Part shown: piece after piece, positions 1-7,500 of the stretch
How positions within the stretch are numbered: position 1 is the stretch's first letter
Layout: every line of letters begins with the position of its first letter
From: Mycolicibacterium smegmatis
Lineage (GTDB): Bacteria > Actinomycetota > Actinomycetes > Mycobacteriales > Mycobacteriaceae
Assembly (NCBI RefSeq): GCF_001457595.1
Contig: NZ_LN831039.1
Coordinates: forward strand, 6,360,001-6,392,000
Reading direction: 5' to 3'
DNA: 32,000 bases
Translations under genes and position numbers: made by a program
The notes under the pieces: generated by a model
Databases searched by the model: none
Told to the model about the DNA's origin: nothing
The model's input: only the letters and a program-made list of their open reading frames with translations

Positions 1-9
1 AGGAGGAGT

Positions 10-879
10 ATGGGCCGCACCGTCGCGGTGACCTGGCATGTGGCGTCCACCCTCATTGCCGCCGGCCTGTTCTTCTTCTTCGTCATCCCCCGCTGGCCCG
101 AGTTGATGGGTGAGACGTCGCCCACGCTGGGAACGGTTCTGCGGATCGTGACCGGCGTGCTGGTCGCGCTCACCGCTCTGCCGGTCGTGTTCACGCTCCT
201 GCGCACCCGCCGCCCGGAGCTCGGTACGCCCGAACTCGCGTTGCGGCTTCGCACCACCTCGATCGTGTTCCACGTCCTCGCGGGTGTGCTGATCGTCGGC
301 ACCGCGATCGCCGAGATCTGGGTGTCGCTCGACAGTGCCGGTTCGTGGCTTTTCGGTATCTACGGCGCCGCGGCGGCCCTCGCCCTGCTGGGCGCCTTCG
401 GCTTCTACCTCGCCTTCATCGCCGAGCTGCCGCCCCCGCCGCCGAAACCGGTCAAGCCCAAGGTCAACGCCGTGCGGCGCAACACGCGCGCGGCCAAGGA
501 CACGGCGGACGCCGACGAGATCGACAAAGACGCGGCCGACGAAGACGAGGCCGGCGAAGGCGAAGACGCCACCGAGCGGGCCGAGGACAGCGCGGACGAA
601 CCGTCGGACGACACCGCTGTGGAGGCGTCCGACGAGGACGCCGACCAGACCGAGGACGCGACGTCCGAGAACAACGACGAGCCGAGAGCCGCCGAACCCG
701 AGTCGAAAGCTGTCGAGCCCGAGTCCACGGCAGTGGAAGCCGAGAGCCTCGACGGCGCCGACACCGACGATTCGTCGGGCGGCAAACTGCGCAACCGACG
801 GCCGTCGAACAAGGCGAACAAGGGTGGCAGCTCGCGGTTCCGGCGGCGCTCCCGCGGCGGCATCACAGTCGAGGAGTGA
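10..879 (+). CDS. Membrane protein with about 4 hydrophobic segments, an acidic D/E-rich low-complexity tail and a basic C-terminus; function unknown
   Basis: Complete ORF; AGGAGGAG immediately upstream of ATG; hydrophobic N-terminal half (STLIAAGLFFFFVI, ITGVLVALTALPVVF, HVLAGVLIVGTAIAEIWV, YGAAAALALLGAFGFYLAFI). Confidence 0.75.
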   Translation: MGRTVAVTWHVASTLIAAGLFFFFVIPRWPELMGETSPTLGTVLRIVTGVLVALTALPVVFTLLRTRRPELGTPELALRLRTTSIVFHVLAGVLIVGTAIAEIWVSLDSAGSWLFGIYGAAAALALLGAFGFYLAFIAELPPPPPKPVKPKVNAVRRNTRAAKDTADADEIDKDAADEDEAGEGEDATERAEDSADEPSDDTAVEASDEDADQTEDATSENNDEPRAAEPESKAVEPESTAVEAESLDGADTDDSSGGKLRNRRPSNKANKGGSSRFRRRSRGGITVEE

Positions 880-923
880 GCGCGCGCGTCGACAGCGACG
901 TCAGTCGCCGCCAAGATGGGTGC

Positions 924-1946
924 ATGGGCAAACCACGCTCGCGACAATTCGGATCGGTGATCCTCGCGGCCCTCGTCGCTTTCGCGACGCTGCTGCTTCC
1001 CGCGGCACCGGCCGCCGCTGAACCCGCTGACCCGCTTGCCGCGGCGGCCGCGGTGGAACCCGCGGTGGCCCGCATCGACACGGTCGTCGACTATCAGCAG
1101 GCCTACGGCGTCGGCACCGGTTTCGTCCTGTCGCCCAACGGCGAGGTGCTCACCAACTACCACGTGGTGCAGGGTGCCAACACCATCAACGCCACGGTCA
1201 ACGGTGCATCGTTCATGGCCGATCTGGTGGGCTACAACCGCCGCGCCGACATCGCGGTGCTGCAGTTGCGCGGCGCAGGCGGGCTGCCGACCGCGTCGAT
1301 CGGCGATTCGCGCAGCCTGGTCGAGGGTGAACCCGTCGTCGCGCTGGGCAACGCGTACGGCTCCAACGCCCCGCTCACGCGTGAGGTCGGCACCGTCACG
1401 GCGTTCGGCCGGACCGTCAACGCCGAGGATTCCCTGACCGGCACCAAGGACGAACTGACCGGCCTGATCGAGTTCGCCGCACCCGTGCGCGCCGGCGACT
1501 CGGGCGGTCCCGTCGTCGACGGCGCAGGTCAGGTCGTCGGCGTGACGACGGCCGCGTCGGTGAACTTCCGCATGGGTCCCGGCGGCAAGGGCTTCGCGAT
1601 CCCGATCAACGACGCGATGGCCGTCGCCAACCAGATCCGGTCGCGCACCCCGTCGCCGGAGGTCCACATCGGCCCGCCCACACTGCTGGGGGTCGGGGTG
1701 CGCACCGCGCAGCGGTCCGGTGGCGGCGTGATCATCCAGGACGTGCTGCGTGGTGGCCCCGCCGAGGCGGCGGGCCTGGTACCCGGCGACATCCTGATGT
1801 CCATCGAGGGCACCCCGCTGGATACGGCCCGCACGCTCACGCTGGTGCTCGACCAGCACTATCCGGGCGATGTGGTCGATCTCACGTGGCGTGATCGCGG
1901 CGGTTTCGACCGTAACGGCAAGGCCACGCTCGCGGCAGGTCCGTAA
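924..1946 (+). CDS. Secreted trypsin-like/HtrA-type serine protease with C-terminal PDZ domain (PepA-like)
   Basis: Track ORF 345..1946 is trimmed to ATG 924, where a signal peptide starts (MGKPRSRQFGSVILAALVAFATLLLPAAPAAAEP). Catalytic motifs TNYHVV, RADIAVL, GDSGGPV; PDZ region GGGVIIQDVLRGGPAEAAGLVPGDILMSIEG. Confidence 0.88.
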   Translation: MGKPRSRQFGSVILAALVAFATLLLPAAPAAAEPADPLAAAAAVEPAVARIDTVVDYQQAYGVGTGFVLSPNGEVLTNYHVVQGANTINATVNGASFMADLVGYNRRADIAVLQLRGAGGLPTASIGDSRSLVEGEPVVALGNAYGSNAPLTREVGTVTAFGRTVNAEDSLTGTKDELTGLIEFAAPVRAGDSGGPVVDGAGQVVGVTTAASVNFRMGPGGKGFAIPINDAMAVANQIRSRTPSPEVHIGPPTLLGVGVRTAQRSGGGVIIQDVLRGGPAEAAGLVPGDILMSIEGTPLDTARTLTLVLDQHYPGDVVDLTWRDRGGFDRNGKATLAAGP

Positions 1947-1972
1947 GCGGAGAACACGGGGGCAGGCCTGGA

Positions 1973-1978
1973 TAGGCT
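1973..1978 (+). promoter_or_regulatory. Predicted -10 element TAGGCT for leaderless PucR regulator (GTG 1985 = +1)
   Basis: TANNNT with last T at -7; no close SD. Confidence 0.45.
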
Positions 1979-1984
1979 CAGTCC

Positions 1985-3496
1985 GTGGTCACACTCGACC
2001 GGCTGATCAATGTGCTGGGTGGATACGGCATCCACCTCAAGCTGTGCTCCACGCCCCGGTCGACCGAGTTGCGCAGCGTCGTGATGCACGAACCGGGTCC
2101 GGTGGTCGGCGACGTCCTGCTCGCCGTGGGCGCGGCCTCGCTCGCCGACGCGCTGGAGTGGGCCGAGGCCGCACATGCCGTGGTGGTGCTGGTCCGCGCG
2201 ACCGACGAAGACCTCACGACTGCCCCGGACGGCATCGCGGTGATGCTGGTCGAACCCGAGGTCTCCTGGAGTGAACTCGCCGCGGTGGTCTACGGCCTGG
2301 TGCTCGAAGGCCGCGAGACCGAGTCCGGACGGGGACCCACCGACCTGTTCGCGCTGGCCGACAGCCTGGCCGAGACCGTCGGCGGCTCGGTGACCATCGA
2401 GGACCGTCGTTCGTCGGTGCTGGCGTATTCACGGTTGCAGCACGACGCCGATCCGGCTCGGGCCGAGACGATCCTCAGCAGGCAGGCGCCCGAGCGTCTG
2501 CGGACACTGTTCGCCGAGCGCGGCGTGTTCCGCCATCTCGCCGAGTCCGACGAACCGCTGTTCGTCGCGGGCGACCCGGAGCAGGGGCTGACCGGGCGCA
2601 TGGTGGTCGCGGCCCGCGCGGGCCGCGAGCTTCTGGGCTCGGTGTGGGTGACGTGCGCGCAGCCGCTTCCCGAGGCGAACAGGGCCGCGCTGGCCGACGG
2701 CGCACGCATGGTGGCGGTGCATCTGCTGCGGTCACGCGCGAGCGCCGATCTGGAACGCCAGGTGGAATCCGACCTGGTGATCCGCCTCCTGGAGGGCGCC
2801 GCCGACGCCGCGACCGTCGCCAGCCGGCTCGCGTTGCCGCAGACCCCGCTGCGGGTGATCGCGCTGCGGGCGCACACCGCCGACGAGGGACATTCCGCGC
2901 TGCTGCTGGCGTTCGAACGCGCGACGGCCGGGTTCGGCTGGTCGCGACCGGGTCGCAGCGCCCTCGCCGACAACACCGTGTACACCGTGCTGCCGAGTCC
3001 CGACCCCGACACCGCGACGACGTGGGTGACCGGGCTGCGCGCGGCACTGCCCGATCCGGTATCGGTGGTTGCAGGCGTCAGCGGTCCGGCGGTCGCGGCC
3101 GAACTGGTGCTGGCCCGCCGTGAGGCCGACGAATGCCTTGCGCTGCACGAGGTGCGCCACGGCGGTGCGGTGCCCGTCTACGACGAGGCCTGGGACGACA
3201 TCCTGCTGCAACGGCTGCGGGTGGCCGCACAATCGGGCCGCGCTCCGCAGCGTGGTCCCGTCGCCGAGCTGCGCCGCCACGACCAGGCGCACGGCACGCA
3301 CTACGCGCCGACCCTGCAGGCCTGGTTGCAGGCGCAGGGCGATCTCGCCGAGGCGGGCCGCATGCTCGGCGTGCACGAGAACACCGTGCGCTACCGGCTG
3401 CGCAGGATGGCCGAGGTGACCAACCTCGAGCTCACCGACCCGCGCAAGCGGTTGGCGATGATGATCCAGCTCGCCGCGAGCGAGCATCTCAGCTGA
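1985..3496 (+). CDS. PucR/CdaR-family transcriptional regulator
   Basis: 503 aa; C-terminal PucR HTH signature TLQAWLQAQGDLAEAGRMLGVHENTVRYRLRRMAEV; GTG start with TAGGCT ending at -7. Confidence 0.85.
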   Translation: MVTLDRLINVLGGYGIHLKLCSTPRSTELRSVVMHEPGPVVGDVLLAVGAASLADALEWAEAAHAVVVLVRATDEDLTTAPDGIAVMLVEPEVSWSELAAVVYGLVLEGRETESGRGPTDLFALADSLAETVGGSVTIEDRRSSVLAYSRLQHDADPARAETILSRQAPERLRTLFAERGVFRHLAESDEPLFVAGDPEQGLTGRMVVAARAGRELLGSVWVTCAQPLPEANRAALADGARMVAVHLLRSRASADLERQVESDLVIRLLEGAADAATVASRLALPQTPLRVIALRAHTADEGHSALLLAFERATAGFGWSRPGRSALADNTVYTVLPSPDPDTATTWVTGLRAALPDPVSVVAGVSGPAVAAELVLARREADECLALHEVRHGGAVPVYDEAWDDILLQRLRVAAQSGRAPQRGPVAELRRHDQAHGTHYAPTLQAWLQAQGDLAEAGRMLGVHENTVRYRLRRMAEVTNLELTDPRKRLAMMIQLAASEHLS

Positions 3497-3643
3497 CCCG
3501 AACCGCTGTAGCGCCTCGACAAATCCCACGCCCGCGTTTGTGGTGCAGGCGCAAACCCCTGACCGGGCGATCCCCTCACCATGGAGGCATCAGCAAGGCA
3601 ACAGAGTTCGATGGCGCCTTGAAACTGTCATGGAGGTGGAATC

Positions 3644-4894
3644 GTGGTCGACGGTGAACGGATTGACGGCGGTCCGCGCGGCGCGGTCGTCGTGGGTGCC
3701 GGCATCGTGGGGCTGTCCACCGCCTGGTTCCTGCAGGAACGCGGAGTCGACGTCACCGTGGTCGACCGCACCGGCGTTGCCGCGGGCGCGTCGTGGGGCA
3801 ACGCGGGTTGGGTGTCTCCTACCCTGACGATCCCGCTGAACGACCCCGCCGTCCTGCGCTACGGGTTGCGCTCGCTCGCGAGTCCGACTGCACCGCTTCA
3901 CATCCCGCTCACCGCAGGGGTGGGCCTGTGGGCGTTTCTCACCAGGTTCGCGCTCAACTGCCGCCTGTCGTCGTGGACCAGGGCCGCCAAGGCCAACCTG
4001 CCGCTCAACGAGGAGTGCATAGAGGCCTATGACGTCCTGATGGCCAACGGCGTGGACGCGGTCACCACCGATGCGCCCATCACCGCGCTGTTCGAAACCG
4101 ACCGGCAGGCCGGGCATCTGCTGACCGAGTTGCAGCGCATGGCCGACCTGGGCCAGGACGTGAAGTTCACCCAGCTGACGAGCGATGAAGTGCGCGAACA
4201 GGTTCCGCTGGCGTCGCCGCGGATCACCACCGCCGTCAGCGTCGAGGGGCAGCGCTTCGTGGATCCGGGGCGGTTCGTCCATGCCCTGGCCGACGCCGTC
4301 GTCGCCAGGGGCGCCACGATCCGCACCGGCGAGGTGCTCGACGTGCAACCGTCGAAGCCCGGTGTACGCATCGTGCTCGCCGACGGGGAGATCCAGTCCG
4401 ATGCCGCGGTGATCGCGACCGGCGCGTGGCTGTCCAGGCTGGTGAAGGCCTGGGTGCCGACGCCTGTGCGCGCGGGCCGCGGCTACTCGTTCACCGTGCC
4501 GGTCGACCGGCCGGTGCCCACGCCGATCTACCTGCCCGACGCGCGGGTGGCGTGCACGCCGTACCAGGGCGGCCTGCGGGTCGCGGGCACCATGGAGTTC
4601 CGCTCCCCCGACGATCCGGTACAACCGGCCCGCGTCGACGCGATCATCGCGTCGGCCACACCGCTGCTCGACGGCGTGCGCTGGGACGAGCGCACCGACG
4701 TGTGGGTGGGCCCGCGGCCGGTGACACCGGACGGGCGCCCGCTGGTGGGCGAAGTCGCGCCCGGCGTGTATGTCGCAGGCGGACACGGGATGTGGGGTCT
4801 GGCGCACGGCCCGATCACCGGACGTCTGCTCGCCGAGTACCTCACCACCGGCAAGGAACCCGACGCACTGCGCGAATTCAACCCGCTGCGTTAG
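3644..4894 (+). CDS. FAD-dependent oxidoreductase, D-amino-acid dehydrogenase (DadA)-like
   Basis: N-terminal Rossmann motif VVVGAGIVGLSTAWFLQERGVDVTVVDR; C-terminal PVTPDGRPLVGEVAPGVYVAGGHGMWGLAHGP typical of DAO/DadA proteins; upstream GGAGG. Confidence 0.85.
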   Translation: MVDGERIDGGPRGAVVVGAGIVGLSTAWFLQERGVDVTVVDRTGVAAGASWGNAGWVSPTLTIPLNDPAVLRYGLRSLASPTAPLHIPLTAGVGLWAFLTRFALNCRLSSWTRAAKANLPLNEECIEAYDVLMANGVDAVTTDAPITALFETDRQAGHLLTELQRMADLGQDVKFTQLTSDEVREQVPLASPRITTAVSVEGQRFVDPGRFVHALADAVVARGATIRTGEVLDVQPSKPGVRIVLADGEIQSDAAVIATGAWLSRLVKAWVPTPVRAGRGYSFTVPVDRPVPTPIYLPDARVACTPYQGGLRVAGTMEFRSPDDPVQPARVDAIIASATPLLDGVRWDERTDVWVGPRPVTPDGRPLVGEVAPGVYVAGGHGMWGLAHGPITGRLLAEYLTTGKEPDALREFNPLR

Positions 4895-4928
4895 CGATTC
4901 ACCTCTCAGGCCAACTCAAGCCATTCGC

Positions 4929-4943
4929 GGCCCGGAACGGGCC
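4929..4943 (+). promoter_or_regulatory. Short perfect hairpin GGCCCG-GAA-CGGGCC in the dadA/gre intergenic region
   Basis: Direct reading: 6-bp perfect stem, 3-nt loop. Confidence 0.55.
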
Positions 4944-4949
4944 TCTCGC

Positions 4950-4988
4950 GTCGTCAGGGGCGGTGCGCAACGTCCCGCCCCTGACGAC
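4950..4988 (+). terminator. Strong hairpin, 14-bp perfect stem (GTCGTCAGGGGCGG / CCGCCCCTGACGAC, 11-nt loop); terminator of the upstream gene or leader attenuator of the gre-like gene
   Basis: Direct reading; lies between stop 4894 and ATG 5015; no U-tract. Confidence 0.6.
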
Positions 4989-5014
4989 AATTCTCAGCTA
5001 CCTCAGGAGGAAAA

Positions 5015-5488
5015 ATGAATGCACCCCAACGCATCTGGATGTCTCCGCAGGCACATGAACGACTCCAGCAGGAGCTGTCGACGTTGCGGGAACTGATCGC
5101 CACCGAGGCCGCCTCGGATTCCGACGAGAACCAGGTGGCCGTCCAGCGTGCCCGGCAGGCCCGCATCCAGCAGATCCACGATCTGCTGCTGCACGCCGAG
5201 GTCGGTGAGACCCCGCCCAACGACGGCGTCGCCGAGCCCGGCATGGTGCTGACCGTGCGGTGGGACGGTTCCGATGACACCGAAACCTTCCTGCTCGGTG
5301 TCCGCGGCGCCGAGTACGGCGACCTCGAGGTGTACTCCGTGCAGTCGCCGCTGGGCAGCGCGATCCTCGGGGCGCGCCCGGGTGAGCACCGCGAGTACGA
5401 GACGCCCACCGGCGCACGCATCGGGGTGACGCTGCTCGAGGCCGTGCCCTACGGCCTGCACGCGCAGGCCGTCAAGGCGACCGCCTGA
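5015..5488 (+). CDS. Gre-family (GreA/GreB-type) RNA polymerase secondary-channel protein homologue
   Basis: N-terminal coiled coil (HERLQQELSTL...RQARIQQIHDLLLHAEV) and Gre C-terminal domain (YSVQSPLGSAILGARPGEHREYETPTGARIGVTLLEAVPYG); strong AGGAGG SD. Confidence 0.85.
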   Translation: MNAPQRIWMSPQAHERLQQELSTLRELIATEAASDSDENQVAVQRARQARIQQIHDLLLHAEVGETPPNDGVAEPGMVLTVRWDGSDDTETFLLGVRGAEYGDLEVYSVQSPLGSAILGARPGEHREYETPTGARIGVTLLEAVPYGLHAQAVKATA

Positions 5489-5496
5489 TCACGCGC

Positions 5497-5541
5497 GCTC
5501 ACGTGCCGCCACCCCCTAATCTGTCCGGGTGGCACGTGAGC
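5497..5541 (+). promoter_or_regulatory. Inverted repeat GCTCACGTGCC ... GGCACGTGAGC flanking the tetR core promoter; candidate autoregulatory operator, possibly also gre terminator stem
   Basis: 11-bp perfect arms at 5497-5507 and 5531-5541, each containing CACGTG; TAATCT -10 between them. Confidence 0.5.
5517..5522 (+). promoter_or_regulatory. Predicted -10 element TAATCT for leaderless transcription of the TetR gene (GTG 5529 = +1)
   Basis: TANNNT with last T at -7 from the start codon; no convincing SD. Confidence 0.55.
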
Positions 5542-6101
5542 CTCGTAGAGCACCCGGCACCCTGACGGCCGACGACTGGCTGCAGGCCGGCTATGAATTG
5601 CTGGCCTCGGACGGTATGCGGGCACTGAAGATCGAGCGGTTGTGTGAGCAGGTCGGCGCCACCCGCGGCAGCTTCTACTGGCACTTCACCGACATGAAGG
5701 CCTATCGCGCCGCCCTGGTGGCGTCGTGGAACACGTTCCTGGAGAACGACCGCAGGTCCCTGGCCGAAATGGAGGACCTGCCGCCGCGCGAGCGTCTGTC
5801 GAAGATGATCGAGGCGCTCATGAGCCCGCAGCACTGGATGCTGGAACGCGCCATGCGCGAATGGGCGCGCACCGACGAGATCGCCGCGGCCAACGTGCGC
5901 GCCGCCGACCACCGCGTGCGGATGGCGGTCATCAAGGCGTTCGAAGATCACGGGTTCGATCCCGACGAAGCCCGGCTGCGCGGCGAGGCCACGTTCGCGG
6001 CAGGTATCGGCATGCTGCACTTGATCGACTCGGCTGAGGCGCTCGCGACGTCGGGCCGGCCTGACCGGTTTCTCGATATCATGCTCGCCCCGGCGAGCTG
6101 A
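5529..6101 (+). CDS. TetR/AcrR-family transcriptional regulator
   Basis: N-terminal TetR HTH: LLASDGMRALKIERLCEQVGATRGSFYWHFTDMKAYRAALV. Confidence 0.9.
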   Translation: MAREPRRAPGTLTADDWLQAGYELLASDGMRALKIERLCEQVGATRGSFYWHFTDMKAYRAALVASWNTFLENDRRSLAEMEDLPPRERLSKMIEALMSPQHWMLERAMREWARTDEIAAANVRAADHRVRMAVIKAFEDHGFDPDEARLRGEATFAAGIGMLHLIDSAEALATSGRPDRFLDIMLAPAS

Positions 6102-6213
6102 GAACCCTTTTCTGGACCGTGTCTCGACACGGCGACAATCGTCGAAAAACCCATCGGCCTAACAGCCGGGCCTGCTTCTGACCTGCGCCGGACCGCGTCA
6201 CGCCGGGGGCCAC

Positions 6214-6243
6214 TTGTGTCGGGGCTCACTCGGGCGCTAATTT
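6214..6243 (+). promoter_or_regulatory. Predicted promoter: TTGTGT (6214-6219), 18-nt spacer, TAATTT (6238-6243); leaderless +1 at ATG 6250
   Basis: Direct reading; last T of TAATTT is exactly -7 from the ATG; no SD; AT-rich TTTAATTAAA in a GC-rich background. Confidence 0.6.
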
Positions 6244-6249
6244 AATTAA

Positions 6250-7500
6250 ATGTTTGATACAACTTCCGCTCAGCCGCCGCCGCTTCGAGGAGTCCGGGTC
6301 GTCGACGGCGCCACGATCTACGCGGGGCCCATGATTGCGACGCTCCTCGGGGACTTCGGGGCCGATGTGATCAAGGTCGAACACCCGCACGGTGACGGTC
6401 TGCGGCAATGGGAGTGGCGCAAGGACGGCGAATCGCTGTGGTGGGCGCTCGTCGGAAGGAACAAGCGCGACATCAGCCTGTCGCTCTCGGATCCCCGCGG
6501 CGCCGACGTGATGCGTCGACTGCTGGCCGACGCGGATGTGTTCATCGAGAACTTCCGTCCCGGGACCCTGGAGAAGTGGGGCCTCGATCCGGAGGACCTG
6601 ATCGCGGCCAACCCGAAACTCGTCGTGGTGCGTGTCTCGGGGTTCGGGCAGACCGGCCCCTACAGGTCCCGTCCGGGTTTCGGCACGATCGCCGAGGCCA
6701 TGTCCGGGTTCGCCGACACCAACGGCGCCGCCGACGGTCCCCCGGTACTTCCGCAATGGCCGCTGGCCGACGGCGTCGCCGCACTCGCCGGCGCCTTCGC
6801 CACCATGATCGCGCTGCGTCACGCCGAGGCGACCGGCCATGGGCAGGTCGTCGACCTGTCCATCTACGAACCCCTGTTCTGGATCCTGGGCGCCCAGACG
6901 TCGGCGTACGACCAGCTCGGCACCCTGCCGACACGACAGGGAAGCCGAACGGGCTTCAACGTTCCCCGCGAGTGCTACCGCACCCGTGACGGGCGCTGGA
7001 TCGCGCTCTCCGGCGCCACCACCGCGACCGCACAACGCATCATGCGTGCGGTCGGACGGCCGGATCTGGCTGACGCCGAATGGTTCTCGGACATCTCCGG
7101 CCGAATCGAACACCGCGAGACGATCGACGAGGCGATCGCGTCCTGGGTCGGGCAACGCGACAACGCCGATGTACTGGCCATGTTCGAGTCGGTCGGGGCG
7201 ACGGCGGGCCCCGTGTACACCGCGGCGGACATCGTCGCCGATCCGCACTTCACCGAACGGGGCAGCATCGTCACCGTCGACCACCCCACCCTTGGTGCGG
7301 TGCGAATGCAGGGCCTGATCGCCCAGTTGTCTCGTACACCAGGCCAGATCCGCCATCCGGGCCCTGCCGTCGGAGAACACAACGACGAGATCCTACGGAC
7401 CGAATTGGCCTATCCCGATGATGTCGTGGATGCGCTGGCCGAGGCCGGCGTGATAGGCCGCACCCTCCAACCCACCTCAACGAAGCGAGTGAGTTCATGA
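6250..7500 (+). CDS. CaiB/BaiF family (type III) CoA-transferase
   Basis: LRGVRVVDGATIYAGPMIATLLGDFGADVIKVEHPHGDGLRQW; NRNKRDISLSL-like motif; NVPRECYRTRDGRWIALSG. Confidence 0.92.
   Translation: MFDTTSAQPPPLRGVRVVDGATIYAGPMIATLLGDFGADVIKVEHPHGDGLRQWEWRKDGESLWWALVGRNKRDISLSLSDPRGADVMRRLLADADVFIENFRPGTLEKWGLDPEDLIAANPKLVVVRVSGFGQTGPYRSRPGFGTIAEAMSGFADTNGAADGPPVLPQWPLADGVAALAGAFATMIALRHAEATGHGQVVDLSIYEPLFWILGAQTSAYDQLGTLPTRQGSRTGFNVPRECYRTRDGRWIALSGATTATAQRIMRAVGRPDLADAEWFSDISGRIEHRETIDEAIASWVGQRDNADVLAMFESVGATAGPVYTAADIVADPHFTERGSIVTVDHPTLGAVRMQGLIAQLSRTPGQIRHPGPAVGEHNDEILRTELAYPDDVVDALAEAGVIGRTLQPTSTKRVSS

Noticed and set aside
345-923. N-terminal extension of the protease ORF (345..1946)
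   Set aside because: Overlaps the preceding membrane protein gene out of frame and is Arg/Gly-rich; a signal peptide begins at ATG 924.
3536-3559. GTTTG-N11-CAAAC repeat upstream of the DadA-like gene as a PucR site
   Set aside because: Five-base arms with a long spacer are expected by chance; noted only as a possible footprinting target.
3590-4807. 405-aa minus-strand ORF opposite the DadA-like gene
   Set aside because: Shadow ORF with no domain signal; the plus strand has clear FAD-binding motifs and an SD.
6251-6263. TGTTTGATACAAC as a GntR/FCD operator
   Set aside because: Only the outer GTT/AAC and central AT pair symmetrically; too weak to claim without binding data.
6226-7380. 384-aa minus-strand ORF opposite CaiB
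   Set aside because: Shadow ORF; CaiB motifs and promoter elements support the plus strand.
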